Of a DNA stretch of 64,000 nucleotides, positions 1 to 13,920 are shown one piece after another. Numbering within the stretch: the stretch's first letter is position 1; each line of letters starts with the position of its first letter. Both the position numbers and the translations under genes were made by a program. Below the pieces are notes generated by a model. The model did no database searches. It worked only from the letters and a program-made list of their open reading frames with translations, and was not told the DNA's origin. Source of the stretch: the human T2T-CHM13v2.0 reference genome, Homo sapiens; assembly GCF_009914755.1 (NCBI RefSeq), contig NC_060928.1. The stretch is one strand, 5' to 3'.

Positions 1-74
1 CAAGTTGATTCTAAAATTTAATTCCCTGAATTTAAAAAACTATGAAATGTAATGATGTTCACAAATAGGAAATA

Positions 75-305
75 TAGTGCAGTGATTAAGAGAATAAACT
101 TTAGAATCAGACAGACTTGTATTCAGTTCCATGTACTAGTTGTGGGCCTTGAGCAAATTATTTCAACTGTTTCCTCACCTATAAAATGAAAATATCATCA
201 AAGATACTTCATGGATTTATGGTCCGAGTAAAGGAAACAATGCATGTAAATTACTTGCCATAGTGCTTGTCAAATAGAAAGCATTCAGTAAGTATTTTCT
301 ATTTT
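75..305 (+). mobile_element. MIR SINE relic
   Basis: Degenerate MIR core (…ccttgagcaaattatttcaactgtttcctcacctataaaatg… and …aatgcatgtaaa…catagtgcttg…). Boundaries approximate. Confidence 0.7.
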
Positions 306-3300
306 TATTATTATGTTAAGAATTGGTTACAGGAGTCTACAGATGGAGCAGGAATAAAAACTGTGCAGTGGATTCCTGAAACTATGTGGGATGAATGTAT
401 ACACTTTGCTGTTTTTATTGACCTCATTTTCTAAATTGGGGAAATTTTGATGCTGAAACATAGGCTATGTATTTGGACACAAGAAAGTGGGTTAGCCACA
501 GATTGAACTCAAGGATTATTCATACTCTTGGTTGTGGAAGGGCCTCTGTCTTTAGTAGTTAGATCTTTCCCTGTTAAAATAAGATACATTTTCCTTAGTT
601 TTTATAAATGTAATCTTTGACTAACCTATTGAATACATGAAAAACAAGGTAACAAAATTTTTTTATGTAAAGGCAGTACTTCATAGTTATATGTACTATT
701 TAGATAATTTATGCTAAGTTCAGAAATTTAACATACAAATAAAACAATGATCATATTGATTTAATATAATCTATAGTGGAAGTAAAATTAGTTTTACCTG
801 GGAGAGATGTGAGGAACATATAATTGATGAAATGGACTTCTCTTTATGAACATCAATGAACTATAAATCAATATAATATCTTGTGTAGAGAAATGGAAAG
901 GTCTGGTACGAACAATGTTATTTTCTTTCCAAATACTAGCCAATTAAACTGAAGTAAAAAAAGGCATGATATAAAATTTATATGATTTAATATGCCATAT
1001 TCTATATTTTGACATCTCCAAATTTAGGTTTTCACAAATATGAATCCATATCTGTTTGCTAAGTACCTTAATTCATATAATTATACCTGTTCAGTAGTTC
1101 AGAAAGCTATATTCATGGACTGAAATTTAAAGGAGGAAAATAATAAATATATTTGTAATAGTTGTTGACAAAAATAATAAAAACATAGAAATAAACCTTA
1201 CTTTCAGGTTTGGTCATGAATATTATGCATGGAAATCCCCAATATTGATGGCTAATCTTGCTTGGTAAAACATGTCTCAAAATTTTCACAAAGGGAGAGA
1301 CCTGGGAGAATTCTGGTTTAGGAGTAAGGGCCTGGACCCTCCTCAGAATGGAATTCCTAGGAGGGGAGCAGGCCCAGTTGTTTCATTTCATCATGGAACC
1401 TGATGCGGGGAAGGTGTCATTCCTCTCTGGTGATGTAATTCTGGTGGCTGGAGGGCAAATATTGAGAAATATACCTTGAATCTACACATCGGTGCCTAGG
1501 TTGGAGCAAGGTACTTAAGTACTGAAGTTAACAGAGAACAGCAGTCAAACGAGAAGGAACATGGGAAGTAAAGAGCTCAGAGCAAGCAGAGTAGAGTGGT
1601 ATGACTTTCATCTAGAGATGGAGTATAGATGCCAAGGTGGCTTTCTATCCATTCGCTGCAAAGGACATAAGCATGTCAGATCATATAGGAGCCAGACTGG
1701 AAGAGTTATGTAATCATTTCTTATTTAAGGAAAAACCCAAACACCTTATGAACTGTTATTTACTCAACTTCTCAAGCTATGCATTTATTTCACTCATTCC
1801 TTCACTTTTATTTATTCACTCACCGAATATATCAAGCTCCCACTAGGTGCATGTAACAGATCTTTCTGACCATCTTGAATGCCTTGAAGCACAAGTCTAT
1901 TTGTTGTCTAGAAAAGCAGATTTTTTAAAAGCTTTTTCCAAGATGTTACAATTCCTGCAGTGTCAGTAAGGGAATTATATTTTCACAAAACTCCCAGAGT
2001 TTTCCTAAAAGACTGACTTCTTAGTAGGATTTAAGGAGGGCATCCCTGTAGATTGTCTGATCTCTGATATTCGTTAAAACAGAGAACCCAAGAGTAGCTT
2101 TAGAGAGTAAATATGATTCTGCACAAATCTAGGTCTCATTTTTATCAAAAGGTGATTTCTGGATTTTCATGATAGGACATAATACGAGACCAACAGAATA
2201 CTAGAAAGCATGGGATTAGCAGTAAGGTCACTCTATGACTTTTAAACCATGAAACACATCAGTGTACAATAGTGGAAGAAGTATTACATGTTACAGGTGC
2301 TGTCAGGTTATAAGACCTCTGCAAAATCACTAACTCTGAATTCTCTGCTCCTTTGACCAACATACCTAATTTGTGAAGTGCTTAGATTAGATAAATGATC
2401 ATAAATCAGTAGTCAAGGTTGTTGATGGGTTTTGTTTTTGTTTTTGTCGTTAGCTCCTATTTCCTTAAAATATGGCTCTTTTTTAGGGTTGATAGTTATA
2501 AGCCTTTTAGGAAAAAGCAAAGGGAAATAAAAAGGAAGTTGAAAGTAGCAAAATGGTAGAAACTGTGATACATTATATAAACATATAAAACTAGATGTCA
2601 TGATAAAAAGTGATTAAAAAAGAGAACAAGAGAGAGCAAAGGAGACTCTGAAAACAATGATGATTTGATAGTGAATCGGCCTGGCAGTTAGAGATGGAGC
2701 TAGAAGAGAGATAAGGGAACTGATTGGGATCTGAAAAGCAGTTTTATCTGCTTTGAATTCTCTAATTTTTCCATTCAGTGTGCACTGGCTTTCAGTTTCG
2801 TGAAATTTGTTGAGTTTGGCAAATATTCCAAACAAGGATTGTCAGATACAGTATTCAAGGTCACCTTTCCCATACTCTATGCTGACTGCTGAAATTAGCT
2901 GGAATGCTGATAATAGAATAGCATTTTCCAGGATTGATGGAGCCTCTACAATTATCATTTTTTCTAACAAAGCCCTAGTTTGCTGATGTTCAAACCAGTG
3001 AAAAAAAGGGGCTGCCTTTAAATTTATCATTTTCTAATTTAAAGGAAGATTGTGTCATTGAATGGAAAAGTAGGTTTTCTTTGTCTTTTTCATCTTAAAA
3101 AGATATATATTTAGCTTAATTCCCTAATCTTTACACCATGCATACACCATTCAGAAATGAAATCACTAAACAATTAAAAGAGCTTCATTGTTTCTTTGCC
3201 ATTAACACTTATTAAACTAGAAAAAATACAGAAACACTGTACTTGGGATCTAGTGTTAGTAAATTCTTCATAATAAATATTTGGTTGTTAATTACATAAT

Positions 3301-4966
3301 TAGCCTAGTGAAATTTCTGGGTTCTGCGTTTTTTTAAACTTTACTATAGCATTATTTAAGAAATAAATATTATCAATTAACAACTCTAAGAACCAACCTC
3401 AGTTTCATCCCATTTGTTTCACTTTTCACTCCTCCTGCAATAACCTAATCTTAACTTTACCTGTACCCCATCCAAATTTGGCAGGAGGCTGCATCTCCTG
3501 AACTTGAATCTTGTTTCTATAGATTTCTTACTCTTTAAACCTCAGTTTTTCATCTATCAAATAGAGGTATCTCTCACACTTGGCTGCTGAGAAGATTAAT
3601 ACAATAACAAACACTAGCTCCTTTTCAGAATCAAGCACTCTGTTTTAACTAAGACATATATTCCAACTATTGTTTCTCAAATTTTTGCTGTATAATTTTC
3701 AGGAAACTTCTATCTGGGAAAAAGGGGCAAAAAAAATCTAGAAGAAATGATGAATTTTCTTTAAGCTAGATAATAAATTTTGTAAAGCAAACTCTAAGGG
3801 ACATAAAACAGAGAAAAGCACTTACACCATTTAGAAACAAATAAATGCAGAAATAGGTATCTATGGAAACAATATTAATATTATTATTATAAATAACTGT
3901 AATTATGTTCTGTTGAAGGCAAAAATGGAGTCAAATGCAAATAATCAGTTCTTTCCCCACACCACTCCATATACATACACACACATACTGAGCTGTCTCC
4001 ATAGGGTGACCTCCAAGGCAAGGTTTACACATGGCTTTCAGGAACCAAGCAAGAAATTGCTGATTGTTAAACAGGTCTTATTTAAGTTCAACCTGACCTA
4101 CCAGCATTAATGCAAAAAGGGCTTTGGAATCTACATATAAGGGAACTTTACGCTTTTTAAAAATGTTCACATATTTATACCAGACTGGAAAAGAATGAAC
4201 TGATATCATATATGTATTCCAAAAAAGAATAGTAGAACCAATAAAAATCTCACTTGAACTGTCAGGGATACAATTTATTCTGGCACGATTCAGTGCTCCT
4301 CATTTATTGTAATAGCCACAAATTCACTCTATGTTTTCATCATGAATGTCTCTTCTTTAAGCCTTTACATTCTAAAATGTATTTTAATATTTTACCTTTA
4401 ATTGTGATAGGATTTTAACTCAACACTGTATTAATTCCAAAATCTTTCTAAAGGTAGCTGCTCACTTCTCTGCAATTTATAGTCTTTTAAACTTACATAG
4501 ACCGGCTTTAAGATACATAATCATGAAGGTTTAAAAATCACTTGTAATAATCATATTTCTAGCTCATATTTTAGATATGAATGTAGTAACAAACTACATC
4601 ACTAATATTATTTAAAACGAATTTCCAAAAAATATTACTAGTATACTTTTTTACTTAAATATTGTCACCATATAGATCTCACAAAGGATTTTCCCCCCAG
4701 AGGCCAGCCTTTAAATTCAACAGCTAGTAGTATTAAAAGGCTGTTGGGGGTTGGGGGAAAGGCTGAATATGTAAAGCGAATACAGGACTAAACAGAAACT
4801 CCAGCAGAGACTAAAAAACACCTCCTGTGTATCACAAATAAATAGCGCATGATCCCATTTGTACCTCAAGACAACACACTAAGACTGATATTGAATAAAC
4901 AATGAAGACTTTAATACTAAGGAATTCACTGTGACTATTTTGATATTTATGGCAATTTCAGTTGGG

Positions 4967-4967
<1 letters not shown>

Positions 4968-5002
<35 letters not shown>
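4968..5002. repeat. (TG)~17 microsatellite
   Basis: Uninterrupted TG run, read directly. Confidence 0.97.
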
Positions 5003-5007
<5 letters not shown>

Positions 5008-5597
5008 TAGAAGATTTGCTATATCCATTGTGTTAGTATGGGGTAAAACAGCTGCCATTTAAGATAGGAAGCTTTAACAGCATATAGTGATATGTGGAAA
5101 GGAGTGATTTTTCTTCTCTTGGCTTCAAATAGAGTCAAAAGACTTTATGATAAGCATATTTTTAAACAAAGAGTTACGAATATGAAGGCATATGCAGGAA
5201 ACATTTTCTTTTAGATCCTTTTTCGCTGTTTCAAACTGGCTTTTATTTCCTAGTCATTTCTATGATATTTACATTCAGGTAGCTGAGTCAGCGAAGGGGT
5301 TATTAGAACACACTAGCAATGGAAATGATTTGCTCAGGGACCCCTGGCAGTGAAAGCTTCTGTATAGCGGTGCACTGATAAATGATTTGCATGCTGGTGG
5401 GACAAGGATATCACAATTCTGCATTCTGTATTTTCCCATACCTCCTACTTCCATTCCTGCAGATGGAAATAGACTCACTGAAACTTACTAGTGACATAAA
5501 TTTTGTAGAATTTTTAATATTGTCAGCGATGTCAGAATGGTGCAGTGAGCTTGTTCCATGATATTGTAGCTATCTTAGATTTAAAAGAAATGTTTTT

Positions 5598-6085
<488 letters not shown>

Positions 6086-6212
6086 TCATCCTACACAGAA
6101 ATATAGTAGACTTGTTCCCAGTTTAGGGTCTTGCCCTGGCTGTAGCTGGCCTTCTTATTATTTAGAAATCAGTTTAAATATAATTTCAAAGAAAGTCCAC
6201 TCCTGGCACTCC

Positions 6213-6618
6213 TAATATAGTTTGCATACTTGTCCCCAACCAAATGTCATGTTGAAATGTAATCCTCAATGTTGGAGGTGGGTCCTAGTGGGAGGTGTTT
6301 TGGTCATGTGGGCAGATCCCTTATGGTTTGCTGCTGTCCTCGCCATAGTGAATGAGTTCTCCTGAGAGATCTGGTTACTTAAGTGTGTGGTGCCTCACCT
6401 CCAATTTTCTCTCTCTTGCTTCTGCTTCCATCATGTGACTTACCTGCTCTTGCTTCATCTCCTGCCATGAGTAAAAGCTCCCGGAGACCTTCCTACGAGC
6501 TGAGCAGATGCCAGCACCATACCTGTCCAGCCTGCAGAACTGTGAGCCAATTAAACCTCTTTGCTTATAAATTACTCAGTCTCAGGTATTTACAGCAATG
6601 CAAGAATGGCCTAACACA
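6213..6618 (+). mobile_element. MaLR solo LTR (MSTA/MSTB-like)
   Basis: Start taatatagtttg…tgtccccaaccaaatgtcatgttgaaatgtaatcc and end …cagtctcaggtatttacagcaatgcaagaatggcctaacaca match the MST LTR termini. No clear TSD. Confidence 0.85.
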
Positions 6619-7109
6619 ACATGCAAATCAAGGAAGTCACCCCATCATGCACTGAGTAGCATGTTGATTTCTTGTTCTCATCGGATGTATCATTTTATGA
6701 AATTACTGTATTTATGTATTATTAATACATTTGTTGTCTGTCTGTGTTTACTTCATTCTTCTACTGACCAGAATGTAAATTCCAGGAAAGCAAGAACTCT
6801 ACCTGCCTTGTCCACTTCTTTATCTTCACTCTGGTCTTAGAACAGCTGACAAATTCTAGTTGTTCAAGAAAAATTTTTAAATACTAGAAAAAACATTACT
6901 TAAGAATGTTATGACTAGAAAATAAATATAGCTATGTTATGGCAAGTTGCACAGAAAATTGAATTCACTTTTTTTTTTTAGCACTTATTTATATTACAGA
7001 GGGTAATTTGGAGTTCTTTTTACATATAGTTAGTTGCCCAGTAGTTTGGAGGAATTCATATTTTCACTGAGTTACCAAGTTGACTTTGGTGCATATTAAT
7101 AAGAATAGA

Positions 7110-7320
7110 TAACCATCTACTAAATACTTGTTCAGGTACCATACTAAACATTCCCATGCTCTCTCATTTAATTCTCTCAAACACCCAATGATGGCAAATA
7201 CTATTATTATTGTCATTTTGCATATGCAGAAACTGAGGATTATAGAGGTTAAGTAACTTACCCAAAGTTGGTCTGCTAATTAATCTGGTGCAAATATTTG
7301 ATGCCAGCTCTGTGGGACCT
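7110..7320 (-). mobile_element. MIR SINE relic
   Basis: Reverse MIR core: cattttgcatatgcagaaactgagg…agaggttaagtaacttacccaaag. Confidence 0.75.
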
Positions 7321-10110
7321 GCAAAGCTGGGGCTCATCGTCACTTCATTTTATGACCTTTTATTGGAGCAGCTATTAAGTTTATATACTTTTCCTAATTT
7401 ATACAGTTGAGCCATATTTTTCAAAAAATATGCCTTCTGTTTAAGCAACAATCAGGTGTATGCCCTCTCCCCCACTCCAGTTTTTATTTTGTTGTTATTA
7501 TTTTATTTTATTGAAGTAGAGAAGTGCACTATTAATTACACTTTTTCTTTTTTCAGCCAATGGCATGGCTTTCTTTGTAAGTTGATTACAGTGGAGCTAA
7601 GAAGTTTGTGAATATAGAAGACTGTGAAGGGCAATAATTTAAATGATGTTGCTACCTTTATGATGATAGTGGCACATGTGTAACCATCATACATTCTCTG
7701 AAAAACCCTCCTAAGTCAATTATACTATGCTATAAAAATCTACTCTAAGAATTTGGAGGTAAGCTCACAAACACTGGAAATAATCTATTCATCAACTGGT
7801 AGCTTAACCCACACAAATGGAGTTACCTGTTTAACTTAATCAAGGAGATACAAGAGTAAAGTCCATCCTATGTTTGGTTTTATTTAAAAATGTATTCATT
7901 TTAATTAGGACATTTGAAGAAATGGTATAGTATCTATCCTGTGAATAAGGCCCCAAATGAAGTCAGTCATTATGATTATGAGAGAGAAATGGGAGTGGGA
8001 GGGATGCTGACAGGGGAAGAAAAGAAAGAGGAATAGCAGGAGGAAGAGAAGGAGAGAGAGTGGAAGTGATTGAAGATATAGAAAACAAAGGAGAAATCGT
8101 TTCCTTAAAAAACACGGGCTGGATTTTTTTTTCTAATCAAAGGATCTTTTTCTTGACAAAGTATTATATGGAGGTATTTGTATACTTCTATATATTCTGC
8201 AAAAAATTTAAATAACAGCAGTTACTGGAATTGAATGCCTACAAACACCTTAAACATTTTAACAGTTAAGGGGAAAAGAACCTCTTAGAAGTGTCTCCCA
8301 AAACGTGTGTGAGTCTATACATTTTGTAGAGTCCAAGTGGAAGAAAATTTAGGGATGCAAGTTCATGCAAATTGGTGAGGCATAACTTGCTATTGCCCTA
8401 GAGACGTTAAACCACCTTCATTTTTAATTTATTTTTGTTAATGAACACATATTTAATATGGTAGCACATTCTACATGCTTTAGCACTTTTGTCACCCTTT
8501 CAAAAGAAAATGCTTCCCAAGAAGTAATCATCCAGACTCCAGGCATACTTTTCCTAGGAGAACATTGAAAATTAACACTAAAAGAACGCAGATGTGCCTT
8601 CGTTAGAAGAAAAATACCAAATTGAATGGATAACATAAGAAGCACAGTCTCATGCCCTGAATAGGAAGAGCAGGTGAATCATATTATTATAAATACAGCA
8701 TTAATCTGGACATTAAAATTACAAGGAAAGAAGTTTCTTTTCCTAGATGGTGCTTCGGCTGTATAATCTGATTTTATCAAGGTATGGCATTTCTAAAAGA
8801 TTCAAGTTAATGCATAAGCCTTAAAATTTTAGATATGAATCTCTTTTAAACAGATCCTTACTGTTTATATTAAATGTTCATTTATGTTTACATATAAAAG
8901 ATAGAGACCTTTAGAGATTTTATAACAACATCTCAATAACAAAAAGTCCAAACACCTATCGGTCTTCAGATATGTCTTTAGGAAAATAAATTTCCCAAGT
9001 GTGTACTTGCTCTAAGCAGTAAGTAACACCCTGACCTATATTTTGAGGCTGTGTTTTATGCAGGATATGGACAAAAATAGCACTGCTTCGAAAAATTTAT
9101 GACATATAAAAATACTGAGTGAACTATGCATGTTAGCATAACAATTTGAATTCAGGGAGAATATTCAGGAAGAAATTATATTTAAGCCTTCTGGTTGTTC
9201 TTCAAGTCTATTTCTAATTGGTGTCTTTCCTGAGTAGTAGCCTTAGGATTTGCACTAAACACATAACTTAAACAACTCTTCCAACATAGTTTCTGCAAAA
9301 CAGCACATCATCTTCTTTGTTTAGACATTTTACTTGAACACAGGATTTAAAAACTAAAAAATTAATGCTTTTGATGTCAACAACTACATATACAATTAAA
9401 TAAATCAGAATATGACTAAAAATTATGTGACTTTTTCCCATACATTGAATCTCAAGAAAAAAAGAGAAATTGCAGAACTGTCATTCCTTTTCACCTTTAT
9501 GGTTCTTAAGCATATATTATCTACTGTGTTATTTTTCATGAGCAGAGATTCTCACATATATAGGTGCATAAATATTTTTCATTATGTCAACATTAATCTG
9601 GAAAACATTCAAGATGTCTAAATGATCAGTCTTGTCTTATTTTAGATTAGTAATTAAAATAAAAAATAAAATTTGTAGATTAAATATGGCTTCATAAATT
9701 TAATGTTTATTAAAATAACAGTGCCAAATGCAGATATTTTTAAGTTATTGGAATATTAAAACATTAATGAATGCTTACTTACTCAAAAAATGGAATAAAT
9801 ATTATGCTGCCACTTGTCTAATAAAGTTTATATAGTCAAGCAAGACATACTTTTTCGACTTTAGGCCAGATAAAATAACTTTTAAGAATCTTTCCCTGAC
9901 AATCCACCCCTTAAGTCTGCATTATTTATACCTGTTAGATAATACAAAATATTCCATTTTGCATCTATTATAGTATTAATACAGTTTAGTAATTGCCTAT
10001 TTATTCAGCTTTCCTATTAGAATTTCACCTCTTGCCTGTATTTTAATTGTTTTAAATCTCCATAACTTAGCATCTGCCTACTATATTGCCAATGTTTAAT
10101 TAAAGTTTGT

Positions 10111-10420
10111 GGCTGTGTGGGGTGACTCATGGCTGTAAATCACAGAGCACTGGGAGGAAAAGGCAGGAGAATTGCTTGAGGCCAGGAGTTTCAGACCAGC
10201 CTGGGCAACATAGTGTGACCCTGTCTCTACACAAATATTAAAAATAAGCCAGGGATGGTGGTATACATCTTAATCCTAGCTACTTAGGCGGCTGAGGTGG
10301 GAGGATCACTTGAGCTCAGGAGTTTGAGGTTGCAGTGAGCTCTGATAGCGCCACTCACTCCAGACTAGATGATAGAGCAAGAAACTCTCTAAAAACCACA
10401 AACTAATAATAACAATAATA
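10111..10420 (+). mobile_element. Alu (AluJ-type)
   Basis: Dimeric Alu with J-type features (ttgaggccaggagttt, gggaggatcacttgagctcaggagtttgagg) and a degenerate tail. Confidence 0.92.
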
Positions 10421-10498
10421 TATTAAAAGTTTTTGAATATTGCAGGATTCACCATTGTATCTAGCTCCTGGTACATAGTAGCCACTCAATTTGTGGAC

Positions 10499-10850
10499 TA
10501 TGATATTTAATTTTATGCCTCAACTTAACTGGGCTAAGGGATACATAGATAGTTGGTAAAACATTACTCTGGACATGTCAGTGAGGGTGTCTCTGAAAGA
10601 GGTCAGCATTTGAATCAGTACACTAAATAAAAATCACCCTCAACAATCTGGGCAGGCATCATCCAATTAATTCAGGGCCCGAAGAGAACAAAAAGGCTGA
10701 GAAAGGGTAAAATTCCTCTTCGTTTTAGCTGGGACATCCATCTTCCCCACCCCTTGGATATCAGCTTGCAGATGGCAGATCACGGAGTTTCTTGGCCTCC
10801 ATAATAGCTGAGTCAATTTCAATAATCTCTCTCTCTTCTCTGTATGTGTG
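10499..10850 (+). mobile_element. 5' LTR of ERV-L (MLT2B/D-like), 3' end missing
   Basis: tatgatatttaattttt…caacttaactgggctaagggata…gtaaaacatt…gcatcatccaat matches the MLT2 start and aligns with 13921-14270. Confidence 0.85.
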
Positions 10851-11183
10851 TGTGTGTCCATATATATAATGTGTATATATAGTCATATATGTATATATTC
10901 ATATACATCCTGTTCATATAAATTCTATACATTAATATATATTATGTATAATTATGTGTGTATGTGTATATATATCTCCTGTAAATATACGTGTGTGTGT
11001 GTGTGTATATATATATATGTATATATATATATACGTATATATATATGTATATATATATACGTATATATATGTATATATATATACGTATATATATATATGT
11101 ATATATATATATACGTATATATATATGTATATATATATATATACGTATATATATATATACATATATATATACACACACACATA
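10843..11183. repeat. Compound (TG)/(TA)/(CA) microsatellite with a higher-order ~24-30 bp unit
   Basis: TA runs punctuated by five TACGTA cores (11032, 11058, 11082, 11112, 11142), flanked by (GT)n and (AC)n. Confidence 0.97.
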
Positions 11184-12378
11184 CAGTCATGTGCCACTTA
11201 ACAGTGGGGATATGTTCTGAGAAATGCATCATGAGGAGATTTCATCATTGTGTAAACATCATAGAGTATATTTACACAAACCTAGATGGTACAGCTTACT
11301 ATACACCTAGGCTATATAAGGCTACAAACTTATACAGCATGTTACTGTACTGAATACTTTAGGCAATTGTAACACAATGGGAAGTGCTTATGCATCTAAA
11401 CCTAGAAAAGGTACAATAAAAATATGGTATACAAGATAAAAAATAGTACACCCATATAAGGCACTTACCATGAATGGAGCTTACAGGACTGGAAGTTCTC
11501 TGGGTGAGTCAGTGAGTAAGTGGCGAGTGAGTATGAAGGCCTAGGACATTGCTATGTACTACTGTAGACTTTGTAAACACTATATAGCTAGACTACACTA
11601 CATTTATTTTAGGAATTTTTTTCTTCAATAATATATTAACCTTAGCTCACTGTAACATTTTTACTTTATAAACTTTTAAATGTTTTTTAACTTGTTGACT
11701 CTTCTGTAATAACACAGCTTAAAACACAAATACATGCAGCTGTACAAAAATATTTTCTTTGTATTCTTATTCTATAAACTTTTTTCTATTTTAAACTTTA
11801 TTTTTTTACTTTTTAAGCATTTTATTTTGTGAAAAACTAAACCACAAACCCACACATTAGCCTAGGCCTACACAGATTCAGGATCATCAATACCCCTGTG
11901 TCCCACCTTGACATCTTCTCCCACTGGAAGGTCTTCAGGGACAATAACATGCATGGAGCTGTCATCCCCTATGATAACAATGCCTTCTTCGGGACACCTC
12001 CTGAAGGACCTGCCTGAGGCTGTTTTACAGTTAACCTCTATTTTATAAGTAGAAGGAGTACACTCTAAAATATGATTAAAAATAAATACGTACACCAGTA
12101 ACATAGTTGTTCATTACTATTATCAAGTATTATATATGTTACATAATTGTTTATGTTGCATAATTATTTGTGTTACACTTTTATATGACTATGACTGGCA
12201 GTGCAGTACACTTGTTTACACTACATCACAAATTTGAATAATGTGTTGTGCTACCACATTACAATGGATACAAAGTCATTAGGTGATAAGAATTTTTCAG
12301 CCCTATTATAATCTTATGGGACCACCGTTGTAAATGCAGTTCATTGTTGACCACAGCATAGCAATGCAGTGCATTACT
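11184..12378. mobile_element. Tigger3b-like (MER7B/Golem family) TcMar DNA transposon, ~1.2 kb
   Basis: TA|CAGTCATGTGCCACTTAAC…GGGGATATGTTCTGAGAAATG at the left. …taatcttatgggaccaccg…gttgacc…atgcagtgcattact at the right, lacking the terminal G and the TA. Confidence 0.88.
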
Positions 12379-12394
12379 CCTTTCATTATGCAGT

Positions 12395-13920
12395 TTACAA
12401 GACTCAAGTCTGGTTTGCAGATGGTTCTACATGATATGCAAGGACCACCTGAAAGTGGACAGCTCTAGCACTGCATCTCCTCTCCAGGACATCCCTGAAG
12501 GATGTTGTTGGACCAAAATTCTCCCAGCAGGCAAAACATCTTGTAATGCACCTGGTTGTGCACTTTGCTTGGAAAGAGAAACAGTCAGATGTGAGATTAA
12601 ATACCAATTCATGGGCTATAGCCCACGGTTTGGCTGGATGGTCAGGGCCTAGGGAAGGGATATGATTGAAAAATAAGTGGTGAAGAAATCTGGGGAAAAA
12701 GTATGTGGAAAGACCTCTCTACAGACCAAAAAAAAAATCCCCCCAAAACCCATGAAGATACGTGTGTCCTATATAAATGCTCACCAATAGGTAGATTCAG
12801 CAGATGAAGATTTTAATAATCAAGTGGCTAGGATGACCCATTCTAAGAATATCAGTGTGGTTTTCCCTAGTCAGCCCTGTCACTGCCCAATGGACTCATG
12901 AAAAACATGGCCATGGTGGGAGGGATGGAGGTTATGCATGGACTCAGCAACATGGACTTCTGCCCACCAAAGCTGAGCTGAATATGGCCACTGCTGAGTG
13001 GCCAATCCACCAGCAGCAGAGACCAACACTGAACCCGTGGTAATGTCACAGTTTGCTGGGGAGATCGGCCAGCTACCAGGTGGCAGGTTGGTTATATGGG
13101 ATCACTTCCATCATGGAAGGGACAGCCTTACTGATTAGACACCCTGGATATGGGTTTATAGGTTTGCCTTCTCTGCAATGTTTCTGTTTACTTACAGAAT
13201 GCCTTATCTATTAGCATGGTTCTTTACACAGCATCATTTCTGATCAAGGAACACACTACAGCAAAAGAAGTGTAGCAGTGAGCCCATGCTCATAAATTCA
13301 TTGGTCTTACCATGTTCCCCATCATCCTGAAGCAGGTGGCTTGACAGAACAGTGAAATGGCCTATTGAAGACTCAATTACAGTGCCAGCTAGGTGCAATG
13401 TATTGCAGGGCTGGAGCAAGATTCTTCAGGAGGCTGTATATGCTCTGAATCATCATTCAATATAAAGTCCTGTTTCTCCAATAGCTAGGTCCAGAATCAG
13501 TGGGGAAATGGGAGTGGCATCACTCACCATCACCTCTAGAGACTCACTAAAAAAAGTTTTGTTTCCTGTTCTCAAGAATTTATGTTCTGCTGGCCTAGAA
13601 GTCTTAGTTCCAGAGAGAAGAATGCTTCCACCAGGAGACACAACAATAATTTAATTGAACTGGAAATTAAAACTAACACTAGGCCACTTTGAACCTCTAA
13701 TGCTTCTGAGTCAACAGGCCTAGAAGAAAGCTGTGGTGTTGGCTGAGATTATTGATACAGACTATCAAGGGAAATGGACTACCACTCCACAATGGTAGTA
13801 AGTAGGAGCATGCGTGAAATACAGGAGATCCCTTAGGGTGTCTCTTAATATTATCATGCCCTGTTATTAAAGTCAGTGAAAAACTACAACAACCCAACTA
13901 GGCAGGACTACTCATGACTC
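12395..13920 (+). pseudogene. ERV-L pol remnant: RNase H, integrase, dUTPase (stops and frameshifts)
   Basis: Translated fragments WFADGS, WTHEKHGHGGRDGGYAW, ISDQGTH, HWSYHVPHHPEAGGLTE, and dUTPase-like AGLEVLVP…PPGDT…AEIIDTDYQG. A dUTPase after integrase is the ERV-L arrangement. Confidence 0.92.

Noticed and set aside
7979-8095. Purine-rich tract as possible triplex DNA
   Set aside because: Frequently interrupted, with no clear mirror symmetry.
10848-11353. Six overlapping Tyr/Ile-rich ORFs of 81-120 aa
   Set aside because: Artefact of a stop-free TA/TG/CA microsatellite.
12395-13920. Domesticated ERV-L integrase or dUTPase gene
   Set aside because: Multiple stops and frameshifts, zinc-finger cysteines lost, longest + strand ORF only 73 aa.
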